Source: Camelus ferus (lineage: Eukaryota). Taken from it: DNA of 64,000 nucleotides. The stretch is from NCBI RefSeq assembly GCF_009834535.1, contig NC_045697.1:24864001-24928000 (forward strand), written 5' to 3'. How positions within the stretch are numbered: the first letter of the stretch is position 1; each line of letters opens with the position of its first letter. The notes under the pieces were generated by a model. It had not been told where the DNA came from. It made no database searches and saw only the letters and a list, made by a program, of their open reading frames with translations. The position numbers and the translations under genes were made by a program. Shown one piece after another: positions 1-11,094 of the stretch.

Positions 1-997
1 TATTTGGACACCTGTTTTCAACTTTGGGGGTATATACTTAGTAGAATTTCTGGCTTATGTGAAAACTTTATGTTTAACTTTCTGAGGCCTTGCTAACTGT
101 TTTCCACAGAAACTGCAATATTTTACATACCCACCACCATCCTGGCCAATATCTGTTAGTTTCTTTACTTTTTTATAGCCATTCGAATGAGCGTGAAGTG
201 GTATCTCATTCTGGACTCGATTTCTGTTACACTACTGACTCATGATGTTGGATATCTTTTAATGTGTTTGTTAGCTATTTGCATATTTTCTTTGGAGAAA
301 TGTTGATAAGTCCTTTGCCTGCTTTTAATCACTACCTTGACATTATCCTTTGATTCACAAAAAAATTTTAATTTTTATGAAGTCCAGTTTATTATTTTTT
401 TTTCTTTTGTTGCTTGTGCTTTTGATGCCATATCTAAAAGTCCATTACCAAATATAAGGTCATGAGGATTTATACGAATATTTTCTTCTGAGAGTTACCT
501 AGATGTAACGGTCACATTCAGGCTGTTGGTTCATTTTTAGTTCATTTCTGAGTGTGTTGTAAAATAAAAGCCCAACATTACTCTTTTGCATGTAGATATC
601 CAGCTGTTCAAGCACCACTTGTTGAAGATTATCATTTCCCCAATGAATGATCCTGGCATCCTGTTGAAAATCAATCACTCTTCTAAGGGTTTAATAACAG
701 ACTCTCAATTTTATTATATTGATCTATATGCCCATAATTAAGCCTATACTTCTGTTTTGATTATTGTAGCTTTGTAGTAAGTTTTGAAATTAACCCTCCA
801 ATTTTCTTTTTCTTTTAAAGATTTGTCTATTCTACGTCTTTTGCAGTTCCATATATCTTTTAGTATCAGGTTTTTTTGTTTGTTTCTGGAAAAAAAAAAC
901 TTCGGGGACACTGGTAGGGATTACACTGAGTTTTGGGGTAGTATTGCTATCCTAACAATATTGTCTTGAAATTCATGAACACAAGATGTCTTTCCAT
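1..997 (-). mobile_element. Old LINE-1 (L1M-type) ORF2 3' region fragment, truncated by window edge
   Basis: Antisense L1 signatures such as 'gtgaagtggtatctcatt', 'ttttctttggagaaatg', 'ttttgcatgtagatatccagctgttcaagcaccacttgttgaaga', 'gatgtctttccat'. Confidence 0.85.
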
Positions 998-1299
998 GAG
1001 ACACTAACTTTTTAAATCCTTCCCAGCCACTGATGTCTACATACCATGGGCCACAGCTTTGTGACATCCCTATAACTAAAAGGAACTGAGGATTAAGTTC
1101 AACACCATTCTGCTCTAAAATTATTGGAGTTGATTTGTAAAGAAAGAATGTGAAACAGATATTGGAAGAAGGCCAGTTAGCAGGGTCTACACCTCATTAT
1201 AACCAAATTCATGTAGAATTGACAGTTCCTAGTTTCATAATAATATTTTTAAAGGCATTAAAATTGGTAGAACATTTAACAATCAGATTAACTAAAATT

Positions 1300-2850
1300 A
1301 TAGAAAACTGAGAGCTGTGGCTGTTACTGGAGCACATACACATGGGCTTCTCATGTCATGGAAGCTGCATTCCCAGAGGCAACAATTTCAAGAGACAAGA
1401 CATAGGCCTGGCTCTGGAAACTGACACAGCATCGATCCTGCCATATTCTTTTGGTCAAAGCACTCACAGATCCTGGATGGATTAAAGACAAAGGGAAAGA
1501 GAGACCACCTCTCTTTCTAGATGGAAAGAATATCAAAGGATCTGTAGTTATATGAAGACCACTACAATCCATACTGCAGGCACAAATTATTTATATTCCT
1601 GACACATACAAACTACCTCCCTTCCAAGACTACAGAAAGTCTAACCTATTACAGGAACAAGATTAAGCACAAGAACAAGATAAAGGTCTAAGATCTCACC
1701 ATTTAAATCAGGCACAGAAATAAATAAAGTTTCTCAGGTGCAGTTGTTTTAAATCTAAAGATCTATGAACTAAAAAGACAGGTTATCTGCCTAAGAGTTT
1801 TCTTAGGACTTAACAGAGAATATTATAGTTTCATAATGAATTTATTCTTACTTGGAAGTTATTTCTTATTTTAAGACTCATTTTCTGGGAGCGCCTAGAA
1901 GTGAGAAGCAATTTCATTTTCAAATCCAGAATTTCCTGCACCTTTATATTTCCCTTAAACGCAACTCAAAATCATACTAGTTCCTTCTTTAATCCATCTC
2001 TACTCTTCCTGTATTTTATCATAGGCAGTGGGTCAAAGCCACATGTCATTCCCTGCATTGCTCTTGAAACTACCCCCCAGTTAAGTCAGCTACTAAATTA
2101 GATGCCTTTTATATTTTCTACATTCCTGTAGGTAATATTGTTGCCAAATTAACCACCATTTTATAACAGTTATGTCTTTCCTCCAGTTTTCTACAACACT
2201 TTCTCACTATCCTTCCAGTCTTGAAGTCTCGGCTTTGACTTACAGCCTCAAATCATTCCCAGCCTCTGCTCCCTGCCTAGTCGGAAAGCCAGGGTCATGC
2301 TTTGGTACATGGTACTCCACCTGCAGACACCAAATTTCCTGCAACTTCTATGCTGATGTGTAATAAACTACTTTGTAACTCAGTGGCTTAAAACACCACT
2401 TTATTTTGTGAGCTGGAAATTTGGAAAGGATCTGGCTGGATTTTTTTCCTTTAAACTACATAGTGTTAAGTGGGGTGGCTAGGACTGGAAAACTTACTTT
2501 CCAGGATGCTTTCTTACTCGCATGTCTGGCACTTGAGTTGGGATGACAGTAGCTGATGCTGGGAGCTCTACTTGGGCTGTGGAAAAGAGTGCCTACACGT
2601 GGCTTCTCCATATGTCTTGAGTCTCTCACAGCACTTGTGGCTGGTTCCCAAAAGGGATGGGACTATAAGCAAGCATGTTTAAAGTAGATGTAGAAGCAGC
2701 CTTTCCCCAGGAACAGGTACATCATCCTGCCATGGACACTTGTTCAAGGAAGATACACAGCCTGCCTAGAGTCAAGGGAATGAATACAGTAGACCCCCCA
2801 CCTCTAACTGGGAGGCTTGTCAAAGAATTTGGGGTTATCTCCCATTCTCA
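1300..2850 (-). mobile_element. Remnant MaLR provirus: MLT1-type LTR (~1300-1568), internal region (~1570-2337), LTR (~2338-2850)
   Basis: Two degenerate LTR copies share 'catcgatcctgccat...ggtcaaagcactcacag' / 'catcatcctgccatgg...gttcaaggaagatacacag'; the internal/LTR junction 'ccacctgcagacaccaaatttcctg' and 'gtaataaactac...ctcagtggcttaaaaca' are typical of antisense MLT1. Confidence 0.7.
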
Positions 2851-2899
2851 ATCTGTTGCTGTTAAAACTGTCTAAACCTGAACATATAGACATCTTTTA

Positions 2900-3350
2900 C
2901 CTCAACAAGCTTTCACTTCCAGTAAATTCCATTAGATATGTAATCAACACACATATGTGCACATGTTCCCAAGAGACATGTACTAGAAGGTTCATAACTG
3001 TGCTGTTTATAGTTGGGAAAAAAAGAAAATATTCAAAAGACTATTACTGGTAGAATTGGTAAAGAAATGATATAATGATATAATATATAGAATTGAGTAC
3101 TTAATAATATACAACTACACAAATAAATGTGGATAAGAGCTACAGACATAGTGTTGAGTAAAAGACCAAAAAAAAAAAAAAGGTTACATACAATATCATA
3201 CTATTTCTATAAATAAAAAGCAAAAAGGCAGCTAAATGTATTATTAGGTTGAGATTCTCGGTTTTTGAGAATGTTCAGTTTTTTGGCCTTCTTTCTGGTT
3301 CAGTGTGATAATATGTACCTATTTCTTTTTGTGTATTTTATTACAATGAG
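2900..3350 (+). mobile_element. Ancient L1 (L1ME-like) 3' fragment
   Basis: 'gtgcacatgttcccaagagacatgtactagaaggttcata...tgtttatag' and 'gacatagtgttgagtaaaagacc' resemble old L1 3' ends. Confidence 0.6.
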
Positions 3351-3396
3351 TTAACAAAAAGAATAATAATAATAAAAAAAAACAAAGATCCTACAC

Positions 3397-3732
3397 TGTA
3401 TCAGTTTCCTGTTGCTTTTTGTAACAAATTACCACAAATTTAGGGGATTAAAACAACACACATTTATTATCTGAGTTCTGAAGGCCAGAACTTACTGGGC
3501 TAAAATCAAAGTGTTGGCAGGGCTGCGTTCCTTCTGGAGGCTCTCTCTGACTGTGAGTTTCCTGCCGTATGATTAAGTTGGGTCCACCCAGATAATCCAG
3601 GATAATCTTCCCATCTCCAGTTCCTTAACTTAATCACATCTACAGAGACTACTGCCGTGTGAGGTAACATATTCAGAGGTTCCAGGATTTGAACAGGGAC
3701 ATCTCTGGGGAGTCATTATTCTACCTACCATA
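3397..3732 (-). mobile_element. MaLR solo LTR (MLT1B/C/D-like)
   Basis: Starts 'tgtatcagtttcctgttgc...gtaacaaattaccacaaatttagggg', contains 'cccagataatccaggataatcttcccatctc' and 'gaggtaacatattcagaggttccagga', ends 'attattctacctaccata'. Confidence 0.85.
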
Positions 3733-3884
3733 CATATTGCTACTTCTAACTTAGGTTCATATTTTCTTTCTGACTTTCTGCCATTTCCTATTTTTATTCT
3801 CTTTCTCCTACAGTGAAAAATTTGATTTCATTTATCAAATGGGTCCGTAAGAATCTTTCTCTCAAATCATTCTTCTTTTTTAGT

Positions 3885-4035
3885 CAACCAAAGTTTGTAG
3901 TTTAAATTAGGGTTCACTCTTGATGTTGTATGTTCTGTGGGCTCTGACAAATGCATAATGACACGCAACAACCACTACAGTATCATACAGAATAATTTCA
4001 TTGCCCTAAAAATCCCTTGTGCTCCATCTATTCAA
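3885..4035 (-). mobile_element. L1MC/L1MD-like 3' UTR fragment
   Basis: 'ttagggttcactcttgatgttgtatgttctgtgggctctgacaaatgcataatgac...ttcattgccctaaaaatccc'; similar to the fragment at ~29.9 kb. Confidence 0.75.
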
Positions 4036-4581
4036 ATCATTCTTTGTTTAAATTAGAAATTTTATGGATGCATTGGGATAATTTATGAATGGAGTAGTGA
4101 GCGCTCAATAAATATCACTTTATTTTGTAGGCATTGTAAAATTATATGTTGTGACAAAATAGGCCCTTTATTACCCAATATTCAGTGTAGGGAATAAATA
4201 AACAAAAATACAGTCTACCTATTTTAAATAGGAATTGATGCAGTACATGAAATCAGGTTCTTACATAATTATTTCAAGGAAAGTACAAGTAGGTGCCGTA
4301 CTATGGATTTATCCCATAAATCTTACGGCCTTTTGTCAGTAGCAATTGCAAAGAAACAAATGAACAGGGTGTCCTTGTCACTTACCTTCCACATCTTACA
4401 TGCATTTGTTAGGATGTTATGAACTTCAGTGATACATATTGGTTCTATTTACAGGTTGTACATGTAATAAATATAACTACAGTTATTAAAGTTAAATGTT
4501 CAAAGAATTATTTATATATGTTTTTAATTGCATATTTTCTTATAGTTGCTTTTAATGTGACAGTTGATAAGATCATAGGAC

Positions 4582-4706
4582 TGTTGGTAGATTCTTTGTA
4601 AATATAGTAAAGTCTCCTGTACCCATGTTCACGCCTCTTTGTAATTAACTTTGATTCTTTTCCCATCAAGAGGTAGCATATGTTTTCACCCCTGAATCTG
4701 GGCTTG
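4582..4706 (+). mobile_element. MLT1H/F-like LTR 5' fragment
   Basis: 'tgttggtagatt...cccatcaagaggtagcatatgttttcacccctgaatctgggcttgg' resembles the MLT1H/F start. Confidence 0.55.
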
Positions 4707-5469
4707 GGAAATAGTTTATCATAGGAGTGCTATATCAGCATTTCTAAAGGCAATGTTATTAGTTTTGTATACAAGCAAATGCTTGTAATTAAAGCAAAGA
4801 AAGGCATGCTTATAAATTGCTATTTCTGAGGTTCAGATAATTATTAAGTGCTACACAGGAAACCAAGAATATTTTCAAAGAAAGAAAACAGGAGTTAAAT
4901 GGCAACAAAGGGTATTAATGACACCATTCTAAACTAAGGTTAAATGCTAGCCCAACAGTCTTGAGTCTATTCAAAATGTTTATGTTTATGTCTCCTTTTC
5001 CATGCAGTAATTTTTTTATAGATTTAATTTAATTTCCCTTATAGATAGCAGGTTAACTTTTATTTAAATTTTTCCCACTTAAGGGAATAATAATAATAAT
5101 GGTAATAAGAATAATAATACTAACAATAAGTCAGGGCTAAGTTAAGAGTTCCTTTTCACCATCAACTTAAATAATGATAACTCTGAAAACTGTAGCTTGA
5201 TAAAAATAGTAGTCATAATGCAAAGCTGCACTCTACTCTCAATGAATCTGTTAAAAATGACATTTTAATCAGCTATTTCTTTGATGAAAAAATAACAAAA
5301 TTAAAAATTAAAAACATAAATAGCACAAAGAGAGTGCATTAAATTTCATATGGTTGATATATTTAAAACAATATTACTTTACTAAACCTTATAAAATTTA
5401 TTTTAGTTGTGTGTTCAAAGAATTAATAGTGTTGGCAAAAAAATGCATACATATTTAAAATAAAAGTAT

Positions 5470-7420
5470 GAAATAAATAAAATAAACTCCTTTCCAACTA
5501 ACCAAGTACTATACATAAATTTACCCTTTTGTCCACTAGTTCTATTTATAGGTTATATCCCTGGGGTGCACAACATGAAAAGATGTACATAAAGGTATTT
5601 GTCGCAGCCCTATTTGTCATAGCAGGAGGTTGGTGAAACTAGGCAACTGACTTAAGAAACTAAAATTGTAAAGAAAATCTTTACAATAGAATACCATGTA
5701 ACTGCAAAAAGGAATGAGAGGCTTATCTATAGTTTATAAAGAATGGATAACAGGATTGATTGTTAAGTTAAAAAAGGTAAAGAGGAAATGAAATACATAT
5801 ATCTATGTATACTTTTTTAGAGGTTCAGAAAAATGAAAAAGCTAGCTAAAGGAGTTCCCATAAATGCAAATATCTGCCTTTTCTCATTAAGAATTATGGA
5901 AGGGTAACTATAACACTTTAAAAACATTTGCTTATAGGTAAGGAAGGGGATAGATAAGAGAGGATAGCATTAGAACAAAGCCACCTATGAATGTAAATTA
6001 TATTGTAAATATGACTTTGGAAACATAAACAATTTGCATATTATAAGACAAAATTAAATCCAAGATAAGCAATTTTTAAAAATTGAAATTGGAGCAAATG
6101 AAAATGTGTGTAGAGGTATGAACCTGTGATGTAACCACACATAGTGGAAGTCTTTTAAGTGACATTAAACCAGAATAATTTGTTACACATCCTGGTGGGA
6201 TATTCCCCAAGGATTAAAAAAAAAAAATCAAAACAATGTTTATATTAACATAATTGTTAATTTTTTTACTAATTATATTGCTTATGGTGTTGTCAGCTTT
6301 AAGTGTTAAGCATGTAGGGTAAGATAAAAACAAATAAGTAACCAAGTTTGTGTAAGAAGATCTTAAAAATTTTAGTGTGGGAGAGTAGAGATTGCATAGA
6401 AGGATGAGATGAATCATATAATTCTGAAGGTCAATTGGGAACATTTTTGAATTTATATGTCACTTTAATAAAAAACCACTTTTCTAGCTTTGTTAGCTAA
6501 AAACACTGAGAATCAATTAGCCCATCCACTGCCCTGAACACTTGAGGTATACAGGTTTTGCTCTCTAAAAAGCAGGACCACTGTAAGACACAGGGTTTCT
6601 TAGAGCAAGAGCAGCTTCATGTCGGGAACAGAAAATGTTTAAAATTATTCCAAGAATCACGGGCACCGGCGAAAACAGCTAGGGTCACATCAGAAGAACT
6701 CAAGAGCCACTTGAATACCTTCCTCTTTACAGACCATCTTCAGAACACTGACTTAAATATGTTGAAATATGTAAGAAATAGTTCATGTATGATTTCATAA
6801 TGTTTGAAAACATATTTTCGATCATTGCCATACAAGCATTTATTTGGAAAAATAATTAGAATATGAAGTATTGCATTCTTCAATAACACAATCCCAACTG
6901 TTACTAGAATTACAAAAAGTTAGACAAGCGACATTATGTAGTTCCTGATATGAGTATACAACACCGTATATGAAGTTCTCTCTATATTTACTCTGATTTA
7001 ATCAAACCTCTAGTTCTCATTACTGATTTCCAGGAAATAGTGATTGCCAGTGAACAGAGTGAACTGAGGCACACAATTAAAGCACCATTGGAAAACAATC
7101 AGCAACATTCTGCAAAAATAACAGAAATTCTTGAATAACAAGAGAAATTCAGGAAAATGAAATGATGCAGGAAGAAACTATAAATTAAAATAGATGTAAG
7201 AAACAAATTTTTAAAAAGTACAATTACCTTTTATTATTCTGATTCAAAGATATATGAGAAAGTGAATGCTGGCTAGATATTTTGTATGAAAAAATTATTA
7301 TTAATATTTTTAAATGATGATAGCATTGAGATTTTATTTACAAAAGAAGCCCTTATCTTTTAGAGATTCATTCAGAAATATTTACAGACTAAATAATACT
7401 TAAACCCAGAAATATTGAAT
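5470..7420 (+). mobile_element. Degenerate old L1 (L1MC/L1ME-like) 3' region
   Basis: 'gatgtacataaaggtatttgtcgcagccctatttgtcatagc', 'ggtcacatcagaagaactcaagagccacttgaat', 'ccttatcttttagagattcattcagaaatatttacaga' resemble long L1MC/ME 3' UTRs. Confidence 0.55.
5957..6060 (+). repeat. Copy 1 of a ~104-bp dispersed direct repeat (copy 2 at 7640-7744)
   Basis: Direct comparison by eye shows 3 substitutions and 1 indel between the copies. Confidence 0.95.
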
Positions 7421-7639
7421 CAATAAATTTATTTAGCAGAAGCCAAATATCAACATGTAAGATTTGATGTTCCTACAGAATGCACAAGGATGTTGATTAC
7501 AGTCTTATGCATAGTTTTTAAAAAAGGACAGAAAGAGAAATCATATCAACATTGTAATGGACATATTATGTATTTCCAGAAAATAGTGTTGAATAAGAGA
7601 GTTGCAGAAGAGTGAGGACAGAAAGATTCCATTATCTGT

Positions 7640-7744
7640 AGAGAGGATAGCATTAGAACAAAGCCATCTATGAATGTAAATTATATTGTAAATATGACTT
7701 TGGAAACATAAACATTTTGCATAATTATAAGACAAAATAAAATC
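7640..7744 (+). repeat. Copy 2 of a ~104-bp dispersed direct repeat (copy 1 at 5957-6060)
   Basis: 'agagaggatagcattagaacaaagccatctatgaatgtaaattatattgtaaatatgactttggaaacataaac...' is nearly identical to 5957-6060. Confidence 0.95.
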
Positions 7745-9402
7745 AAACAAACAAAACTTCTCATTGGGTATGTGTGCCCCATGATGGGTGAATCTAGTCT
7801 TGTGCATTCTAGCTACATTTGTACAATGTTATCATATGGATACCAGTAAAAGATAAAAGAATTTGTCCTAAAGTGATGCATGGGAATACTGGGGGTGGTG
7901 GAGCTGTCGAGTTGATAAGGGAGAAGATAGGGAGAGTAAAACTGACTCAAAAACGGAGAGAAAAGATGGATGACAATTACAAAAACGGATACAATCACAC
8001 TTATACACATATAAGTCAAACTTAAAATATTTCCATACAGGAATTAAATATCAAACAATATAAATTAAGTTAAAAATAAGCATAGGTCTAAGTACCAATT
8101 TTTTTTCTGTTTCCAAAAAAAAAGAGTTAACCACTATTAGAAAGGAATAGAGAAAAATGCCCTTCTTTTAAACATACATTTGAAAACGAGATATTCTTGA
8201 CAACAATGAAGTGAAGTCATCTTACTGAATCTCTTATTTCCTCTACTTTTGGAATATAGCATTCTCTTTTTGGCAAAAGAAAATTTTCTTTTTCTTTCAT
8301 TTTAAAATGTATTGCTATTAATAATATTACTAAGTTAGAAGGTATGTAAAATATATACACTTTCCTTATTTGAAAATTCTACTTCATATTTTTATGTTTT
8401 TTCATAGCTCTTAGATAAATTTGAAACAAGATTGAAGAAGGTTATCTTATGCACAACGCAATAGTTTTAATTGCAACATTCATCATGCAGAAGTTCTTGC
8501 TGCCAAGAATGTGTTGGCACCAGGCAAAGGTGTAGCCTCCCCACAGGGATTTTATTATTCAACATCAAGGAATACCTGCAACATAGCGAGCATGGCCACA
8601 AGAGCCTCCCCTAAACTTATAATAAAACAACCAGTTTGAGACGAGACTAAAGAGAAACTTAATTTAGTTTTAAAAATAAAATCTTTCTGAATAGTACATG
8701 TTTTCCACTTTCCCTTTATAATGGATTCCCATATATAAATGTTAATACACTAAGTGACTATAGCCCTCAAATCATTGTTATTAGAGAAAGTAAAACTCTA
8801 AAAATAGTAACATTAAATTACTAATAAAGATGCTTTTTTTTAAGACTTTACTACTCATTCCAGTTTATGGGGACTCAGATTGTGCTACATCTATCTTTAC
8901 TCCTAGAATGTTTTCTCTGCTTTATAAATAAACAAACAAAGAAAATGAAGATATAGTTTATTCCAACCAAGTGCTTAAAAGAAGAATAAAAGCCTTTCAA
9001 AAAATCTGCTTACCATACAGAATACAGCAATTCTCATGGTTGTGTTATAATAATTATGAGTTACATTGTGAGTAGGGGTTTATTACTGATAATATTGCAA
9101 TTTAAAAAATCTGGAGCATGGAGACTAACTGAATTAACTTTTAATGTAAAATAGTTTATATTAAAATTTATACATATACGTAACAAAGTACAAAAAGCAT
9201 TCCTTGTCACTTTAATATCAATATGCATTTTTATTGTTGGAGAATCTAAGCTGAAAATTATTAGTCATGTGAATCTCTACAGAAGAGAAAAAAAAAGAAA
9301 TGTGTTGTCAACAATCAGCCTATAGTTATATAGTTATAGTTACAAGATTGGACATTGACTCTATTTACCTAACTGATTTTTTCTATGTAAGGAACTAGTA
9401 TT

Positions 9403-9458
9403 GTGTGTGTGTGCAGGTACACGTGTGTCTGTGTGCATGTGTGTAACTGTGTGTGTGT
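9403..9458. repeat. Imperfect (TG)n simple repeat
   Basis: Interrupted tg dinucleotide runs. Confidence 0.8.
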
Positions 9459-10058
9459 AGAGGGTTGAGGAGTTAATGATAGAGAAAGAGACACAAAACA
9501 AAACATGCCAGCATCAGTACCAAGAAAATGTGTCAGCTGTATGTAGTACACACAGACTATGTGATAGAAGCTACAGAGAAAGGCACCTTCTGTGTAATAC
9601 CCTTATTTTCATACTGGTGTATGACCCAGGGATATGCCAGGGGGTTCAAGAAGCTACAAAAGAAACATGGCTCTTCTGGGGAGCATAAAGTTTTCTTGAA
9701 GCACTGCTGGTATCTGATGAGCAAAAACCCCATTCCAATTCCTTTCCCATTTGCTGGTATATATCAGAGATGACTGAGGGGCAGCCATCTTGAGGGCCAC
9801 TTCATAGCCGACTTCAGATTCTTGGGGAAATGTTCACTTTCCTTACGCATATAAGGTTTAGACATAACAACAAAATTGCAAACACAGACACACTCTCTTC
9901 TCAACATGGATATGCTTTCCACATTCTGAGATAAATTACTGTCTATCATTACTAATACTATCATATTATTATTGATAGTATAATTTGATAATGATGAATA
10001 TTTGGGATTAATCATGAGACTAAAGTACCTTGGGTGAGGTCAAGGTTAACAGGATGTC

Positions 10059-10085
10059 AGAGAGAGAAAGAGAGAGAGAGAGAGA
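10059..10085. repeat. (GA)n microsatellite
   Basis: 'agagagagaaagagagagagagagaga'. Confidence 0.9.
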
Positions 10086-10472
10086 AAGGGCTATAATATA
10101 ATCAAATGCTAAAAACATCATAGAGAAATTGAAGCCAGTAATGAATCTGCATAGCCAGAAGTCAGGGAGCAGGAATAGGAGCCGGCTGGCCTATACATTA
10201 TGGGGCAAGAAACATCAAGGAAATATCAAAGGCTTTCTCCCTTTTGAAGCTGTGTCTCAGGGCTGGAGTTGAGCCTTGTCTGGGCTTCAGAGAGCCCTAT
10301 TACTATAGGGCTGAGGAACAGCATGTGGCCTGGTAACAGAGGTCACCTCAGACCCTGCAGAGTTGGAAGAGTACCTGAGCTAATGATGACTGACAGGTAA
10401 GCTATTTTTAACTTACACCCAAGCCTGATATTGTACCATTGCCACTCACTACAATTAAAATGTGTGTTTTCT

Positions 10473-10770
10473 AGACTCTTCCACTCCAGCCATGAGAGAG
10501 TAATCGGGACTGGATAGACTCTCCTGCCTGAATAGTTATAAAACTGGGCAGAATATAGGAGGGGACTGTGATCCTTTAGAGAAAGCAAGCACACATTTTC
10601 ACCTTCACACCAGCTTTCTTCTGGGATCACTTTTCAGCGATTGTAAGGGGAAGCAGAGACCAAGCAGGGCGCAAAGTTCTCGGTGTGCCCAGAAGGCAGG
10701 TATCAGATTTCAAGGCTCCTACCGGTAGCTGGAATTTATGGTGCAGGTTATCAGAAGAAGGGAGCTACAT
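10473..10770 (+). mobile_element. Old L1 (L1MC/MD-like) 5' UTR fragment
   Basis: 'gactcttccactccagccatgagagagtaatcgggactggatagactctcctgcctgaa...aaaactgggcagaatatag...gactgtgatcctttagaga' resembles L1M 5' ends. Confidence 0.6.
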
Positions 10771-11094
10771 TTTATTCAAAAGATGTATAACATCAGATAG
10801 TTTGCTGAGTTCATAATTCATTATGTGTGTGTGACCTTTGTTTTTTATTATTTTTCTTTTTATCTTTTATTTACTACCTGTCTTTATCTACCAGAGGCTT
10901 AATTCTCCAGTCTGGTCTATTCTTTAGACCTACTCTACCCCATCTTCTGGGACTTCCCTTAAATTCTCTCGACGAATTAATTTGCTGAGTTCCATTTTAT
11001 TTTCTTTCTTACTTTAACTTACTTGTTTTTCAGAGAACAGTCTGCACAACTTCCTAAGAAAGTACCAGTGTACAAACAAATTTTGAGAGATATG

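Noticed and set aside
9560..10400. Possible very old LTR remnants ('gcagccatcttg' etc.)
   Set aside because: Too degenerate to assign a family or boundaries by eye
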